A DNA stretch of 64,000 nucleotides, from NCBI GenBank assembly GCA_030431775.1, contig JAUIHW010000009.1, positions 46,525-110,524 of the forward strand, read 5' to 3'. The first letter of the stretch is position 1; every line of letters begins with the position of its first letter. Shown here piece after piece: positions 59,514 through 64,000 of this stretch. The position numbers and the translations under genes were made by a program. Under the pieces are notes generated by a model that had not been told where the DNA came from, made no database searches, and worked only from the letters and a program-made list of their open reading frames with translations. This stretch comes from Gammaproteobacteria bacterium. GTDB taxonomy: Bacteria > Pseudomonadota > Gammaproteobacteria > Pseudomonadales > JAUIET01.

Positions 59514-61655
59514 ATGAAACTCCAGCCAAGCACAGATAAAGCGTTATATTCCTACCCCAGGTACTGGGCTGAGTGCTATGGCACTGCGCCATTTTTGCCC
59601 ATGTCGCGCGCCGAAATGGACGAACTGGGTTGGGACAGCTGCGACATAATCATTGTCACAGGGGATGCCTATGTGGACCATCCCAGCTTTGGCATGGCGG
59701 TGATCGGGCGCTTTCTTGAGTCTCAGGGCTTTCGGGTGGGCATTATTAGCCAGCCGGACTGGCGCAGTGCCGAGGCGTTTACCGTGCTGGGTGAACCGAA
59801 CCTGTTCTTCGGTGTAACCGCTGGCAATATGGATTCCATGATTAATCGCTACACCGCCGATCGCCGCCTGCGCAGCGACGATGCCTATACGGCGGGTGGT
59901 CAGGGTGGCAGCCGGCCTGACCGCGCGGTAGTTGTCTACAGTCAGCGCTGCCGCGAAGCCTACAGACAAGTGCCGATTGTACTCGGTGGTATTGAGGCCA
60001 GTCTGCGGCGCATTGCTCAGTATGACTATTGGGATGATGCTGTTCGGCGCAGCGTGTTGATTGACTCGGGCGCAGACATTCTGCTGTTCGGTAATGCCGA
60101 GCGGGCAATTGCCGAGGTGGCCCACCGCCTTGCCAAAGGCCAGCCATTGGCCGAGGTAACAGATATCCGCGGCACCGCCTGTGTACGCAAACAGGTGCCC
60201 GAAGGCTGGCTGGAGCTGGATTCCACCCGTATCGACTGGCCTGCCAATATTGATGAGTTACCAAATCCGTATGCCGAACAAAGCGGTGTGGAAAACTGCA
60301 GCAGCGCAGCCGGTGAGCCGGCTGACCCGGGTGAAGTTCAGCCTTTGCGAATTGTGCCGCAACCCATAGCCAGCAGTGTGTTGCAACAGCAGCCCGATAC
60401 ACCGGTATACATCCGCCTGCCAAGTTTTGAGAAGGTGCAGGCCGACGCGGTGCTGTATGCACACGCGTCTCGAGTGTTGCACCAGGAAAGCAACCCTCAC
60501 AATGCCCGCCCACTGGTGCAGAAACACGGAACCCGCGAAGTGTGGGTCAATCGCCCGCCAATTCCGTTGAGCACCGAAGAAATGGATGCCGTGTTCGATC
60601 TTCCGTATCAGCGGGTGCCACACCCGTCCTATGGCATGGCGACAATTCCGGCGTATGACATGATAAAGACCTCGGTGAATATCATGCGCGGCTGTTTTGG
60701 CGGCTGCACATTCTGTTCCATTACCGAGCATGAAGGGCGCATTATTCAAAGCCGATCTGAAAAATCCATTCTTCGTGAAGTGGAAGAGATTCGCGACAAA
60801 GTGCCCGGTTTTACCGGCACCATATCGGATCTCGGCGGGCCCACAGCAAACATGTACCGCCAGAACTGCAAAGACGATGTGATTCAGGCGAATTGCCGGC
60901 GGCTAAGCTGTGTCTATCCGACCATTTGTAAGAACCTGGAAACCAGCCACAAGCCCACGACTCAACTTTATCGCAAGGCCAGGGTTTTACCAGGAATCAA
61001 GCGTATTCTGATTGCCTCTGGATTGCGTTATGACCTGGCTGTGTTGGATGAGGAGTATGTTCGTGAACTGGTGACTCATCACGTGGGCGGTTATCTGAAA
61101 ATTGCACCGGAGCACAGTGAAGAGGGTACGCTCGAGAAGATGATGAAGCCTGGTATGGGCTCGTACTACCAGTTTAAGAAGCTGTTTGACAAATACACCA
61201 AGCAAGCCGGAAAAAAGCAGTACCTGATACCCTACTTCATAGCGGCCCATCCGGGCAGTACTGACCAGGACATGCTGAACCTGGCCCTGTGGCTGAAGGC
61301 GAACAATTTCCGGGTAGATCAGGTACAAACTTTCTATCCTTCGCCAATGGCGCTGGCCACGGCGATGTACCACAGTGGCCGCAACCCTCTGAAGCGCCTG
61401 CACTACAAGCGTGGCGAGCGGGTTAGCGTGGCGCGCGACCTTTCTCAGCGCCGCTTACATAAAGCGTTTCTCCGATACCATGACGATAAAAATTGGGGGT
61501 ACCTGCGCGAATCGCTGATTCGTCTGCAGCGCCGCGACTTGATTGGTGATTCAGAGCATCATTTGGTGCCACCCGAACATTCCTCTCCCCGCCGTCAGCC
61601 GCGCCTAAAGCGTGGCAAGCCGGCTCGCGGCGGGCAGTGGTCCGGGCGCGCGTAA
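59514..61655 (+). CDS. ygiQ: YgiQ family radical SAM protein
   Basis: [45 protein letters not shown]-terminus and CFGGCTFC radical-SAM cluster motif. Confidence 0.9.
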   Translation: MKLQPSTDKALYSYPRYWAECYGTAPFLPMSRAEMDELGWDSCDIIIVTGDAYVDHPSFGMAVIGRFLESQGFRVGIISQPDWRSAEAFTVLGEPNLFFGVTAGNMDSMINRYTADRRLRSDDAYTAGGQGGSRPDRAVVVYSQRCREAYRQVPIVLGGIEASLRRIAQYDYWDDAVRRSVLIDSGADILLFGNAERAIAEVAHRLAKGQPLAEVTDIRGTACVRKQVPEGWLELDSTRIDWPANIDELPNPYAEQSGVENCSSAAGEPADPGEVQPLRIVPQPIASSVLQQQPDTPVYIRLPSFEKVQADAVLYAHASRVLHQESNPHNARPLVQKHGTREVWVNRPPIPLSTEEMDAVFDLPYQRVPHPSYGMATIPAYDMIKTSVNIMRGCFGGCTFCSITEHEGRIIQSRSEKSILREVEEIRDKVPGFTGTISDLGGPTANMYRQNCKDDVIQANCRRLSCVYPTICKNLETSHKPTTQLYRKARVLPGIKRILIASGLRYDLAVLDEEYVRELVTHHVGGYLKIAPEHSEEGTLEKMMKPGMGSYYQFKKLFDKYTKQAGKKQYLIPYFIAAHPGSTDQDMLNLALWLKANNFRVDQVQTFYPSPMALATAMYHSGRNPLKRLHYKRGERVSVARDLSQRRLHKAFLRYHDDKNWGYLRESLIRLQRRDLIGDSEHHLVPPEHSSPRRQPRLKRGKPARGGQWSGRA

Positions 61656-62390
61656 GTGAGTGATCGCGATCGGGTTTACGCCGCGCCACTGGCCGATGTA
61701 GCTGGTTTTCGTTTTGATGAATCGGTCACCCGGGTGTTCGCTGATATGATTCAGCGGTCGGTGCCAGGCTATTCCAGTGTCATTGCAATGAGTGGTTTGC
61801 TGGCGCAGCGATTTGTACAGGCCGAAAGCCGCGTTTACGACCTGGGCTGCTCACTGGGTGCCACCAGCCTGGCGATTGCCAGCGCCCTGTCTGAGCAACA
61901 GCACCCACGCGAGATTGTGGCCGTAGACAACTCTGCGCCGATGTTGCGGCAGGCTGAATTGACACTCAACGCCCTGCAAGGACTGCCACCGTTTTCCTTT
62001 CTGTTGGCTGATATCTGCGATGTAGACATCGAGCGAGCCTCACTGGTTGCGCTGAACTTCACCTTGCAGTTTGTGCCCAAAGAACAGCGACTCGCGCTGT
62101 TAACGCGGTGTGCTCAGGGCATGTTGCCCGGCGGAGTGCTGTTACTGTCGGAAAAAATCCGCTTTGCAGATGCTGAGCTGAATCAATTGTTCAGTGATCT
62201 GCACCATGATTTCAAACGGCAGCACGGCTACAGCGATCTCGAGATTAGTCAAAAGCGCGCCGCGCTGGAAAATGTGTTGATCCCGGAAACTCTGGCCGAG
62301 CACAGGGAGCGGCTGCTGAGTGCCGGATTCAGCCGGGTGGAGCTGTGGTTTCAGTGCTTCAACTTCGCCTCTTTGGTGGCGCTAAAGTGA
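61656..62390 (+). CDS. cmoA: carboxy-S-adenosyl-L-methionine synthase
   Basis: FDESVTRVFADMIQRSVPGYS, DLGCSLG. GTG start immediately after the ygiQ stop. Confidence 0.9.
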   Translation: MSDRDRVYAAPLADVAGFRFDESVTRVFADMIQRSVPGYSSVIAMSGLLAQRFVQAESRVYDLGCSLGATSLAIASALSEQQHPREIVAVDNSAPMLRQAELTLNALQGLPPFSFLLADICDVDIERASLVALNFTLQFVPKEQRLALLTRCAQGMLPGGVLLLSEKIRFADAELNQLFSDLHHDFKRQHGYSDLEISQKRAALENVLIPETLAEHRERLLSAGFSRVELWFQCFNFASLVALK

Positions 62391-63400
62391 GTAGTCCGGC
62401 GCACTGGCGGTTAAGTGATTTCAGTGGTCGCAATTACCAGCCTTTGCTTGAAGGTCTGCGCGAGACCAAGCTTGAGGTCTGGGCCAGGGCACTTGCCTCG
62501 CAGTTGCCCGACAACCTGAGCCAGCAACGCTACGGTGATTTACCGCGCTGGCTCGATGCGCTCCAGCAGTTGCCGGATATACCGGTTGCCGACATGACCC
62601 TGCAAGAAGCGACCGTGGGCTTCAACACAGATGGTCCGTTAGGCGTGGAAACTCGGCAGCAGCTGCGCACTGCCTTGCAAGCTCTGCACCCGTGGCGGAA
62701 AGGTCCGTTCTCACTGGCCGGTGTGCACATTGATACCGAATGGCGTTCCGACCTGAAATGGGACCGACTGAAAGACGCCATCGAACCGCTGCACGGCCGC
62801 ACTGTGCTGGATGTGGGGTGTGGCAGTGGCTATCACTGCTGGCGCATGGCCGGTGCCGGTGCCGAGCTGGTCATCGGCATCGAACCCACCCCCCTGTTTG
62901 TCATGCAGTTTTGGGCGTTGCAGCGCTATTTGCAACAGCCATCTGTCTGGGTAGTGCCACAACGTATCGAGCAGGTGCCTGATAATTTGCGGGCTTTCGA
63001 CAGCGTATTCTCGATGGGCATTCTTTACCACCGGCGTTCCCCATTTGAACACTTGCAAAGCCTGCGCCAGGCGTTACGCTCCGAAGGGCAACTGGTACTG
63101 GAAACACTGGTGGTTGACGAGGACGGTACGAATTGCCTGGTGCCCGAGGGTCGCTACGCAAAAATGGGCAACGTGTGGTTCATACCCAGTGTGGCCAGCC
63201 TGGAGATTTGGCTGCGCAAGATGAAATTCACGGCTGTGCGCTGTGTAGACGTCAGTGTGACAAGCCCGGTAGAGCAGCGGGCGACCGACTGGATGCGCTT
63301 CGAATCCCTGCGCGATTTTCTGCACCCGGATGACTCCACGCTGACCGTAGAGGGCTACCCGGCACCTAAACGGGCTGTTTTTACCGCGACGGCGCCATAA
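62387..63400 (+). CDS. cmoB: tRNA U34 carboxymethyltransferase
   Basis: HPWRKGPFSLAGVHIDTEWRSDLKWDRL, DVGCGSGYH. GTG at 62387 overlaps the cmoA stop (GTGA). Confidence 0.9.
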   Translation: MSSPAHWRLSDFSGRNYQPLLEGLRETKLEVWARALASQLPDNLSQQRYGDLPRWLDALQQLPDIPVADMTLQEATVGFNTDGPLGVETRQQLRTALQALHPWRKGPFSLAGVHIDTEWRSDLKWDRLKDAIEPLHGRTVLDVGCGSGYHCWRMAGAGAELVIGIEPTPLFVMQFWALQRYLQQPSVWVVPQRIEQVPDNLRAFDSVFSMGILYHRRSPFEHLQSLRQALRSEGQLVLETLVVDEDGTNCLVPEGRYAKMGNVWFIPSVASLEIWLRKMKFTAVRCVDVSVTSPVEQRATDWMRFESLRDFLHPDDSTLTVEGYPAPKRAVFTATAP

Positions 63401-63485
63401 ATATTCCGACACATTGGCGAGCCGGTCGCTTTGCTAAAATCGACCACAGCAAGACTCGACCAGAACACGATAAAGAGGACTCAGT

Positions 63486-64000
63486 ATGGCAGGTTTGGAC
63501 AGTTTTGATGGCCGTGTGGCCGTGGTAACCGGTGGTGCTGGCGGTATCGGCAAAGGCCTGGTTAAGGCGCTGCTGGCCGAAGGTGCAAAGGTGGTTGTTG
63601 CCGACGTGGAGCAGGCAGCGCTGGATAAAACCATTGCAGAGCTGGACACGCCGGACGTGAGCTCCTATGTGGTGGATGTTTCCAGCGCTGAATCAGTGGA
63701 GGCACTTGCGCAACATGTGTTCGCTACCCACGGTGCCTGCCACGCCCTGTTTAACAACGCCGGTGTGGCTGCACCCTCAGCCAATGTTTGGGAGACCACT
63801 CCTAACGACTGGCGTTGGGTGCACGGAGTGAATGTAATGGGTGTTGTGCACGGCATTCAGTCTTTTGTGCCTCGCATGATCGAGTCTGGTGAGCCGGGGC
63901 ACGTAATCAACACCTCATCAGGCGATGGTGGTATCTCCCCGCTGCCTTATCAAAGCGTGTACGCTTCCAGTAAAGCGGCTGTGTCGATTATCACTGAATG
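63486..64000 (+). CDS. short-chain dehydrogenase/reductase (3' end outside window)
   Basis: Open frame from the ATG at 63486 to the window end. TGGAGGIG, NNAG and YASSK motifs. Confidence 0.8.
   Translation, partial: MAGLDSFDGRVAVVTGGAGGIGKGLVKALLAEGAKVVVADVEQAALDKTIAELDTPDVSSYVVDVSSAESVEALAQHVFATHGACHALFNNAGVAAPSANVWETTPNDWRWVHGVNVMGVVHGIQSFVPRMIESGEPGHVINTSSGDGGISPLPYQSVYASSKAAVSIITE

Overview
This is about 64 kb of a moderately GC-rich gammaproteobacterial chromosome; I cannot name the species. Most of it is conserved housekeeping backbone: hisBHAF, yibQ-like/ctp/envC/gpmI, secB, trmL, ntrBC-glnA, thiI, typA, ygiQ and cmoAB. The window starts inside a fab-like (aryl-polyene type) lipid cluster that carries a flavin-dependent halogenase. 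It contains two visibly AT-richer accessory patches. Patch 1 (about 9.6-12 kb) holds a DUF2059 gene, a possible helicase remnant and a DUF3800 gene bracketed by 98-bp direct repeats. Next to it is a DUF222/HNH endonuclease gene with a near-consensus SOS box over its promoter. Patch 2 (about 14.05-24.74 kb) is a ~10.7 kb island integrated at the 3' end of tRNA-Phe(GAA). It has a P4-type integrase, AlpA, a candidate replication module (winged-helix protein, iteron-like repeats, Spo11/TopoVI-A-like Toprim protein) and three cargo modules with no recognisable known system. The cargo modules are: (a) a caspase/CHAT-like His-Cys protein plus a helical partner next to the integrase; (b) a TIGR04255-like / acidic small protein / HNH nuclease operon; (c) an RX4H (HEPN-like) protein plus a single-pass membrane protein. 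These three are my best candidates for an undescribed defence or abortive-infection system. Other sequence-level observations: a sigma-54 promoter and NtrC-type sites around glnA/glnL, a mutY reading frame with no ATG/GTG/TTG start ahead of its conserved N-terminus, mutY and yggX separated by a phytase/TonB-receptor module, and a 15-unit hexanucleotide (Glu-Pro) repeat in an OmpA-family gene. All functional calls come from reading motifs by eye; no database search was possible.
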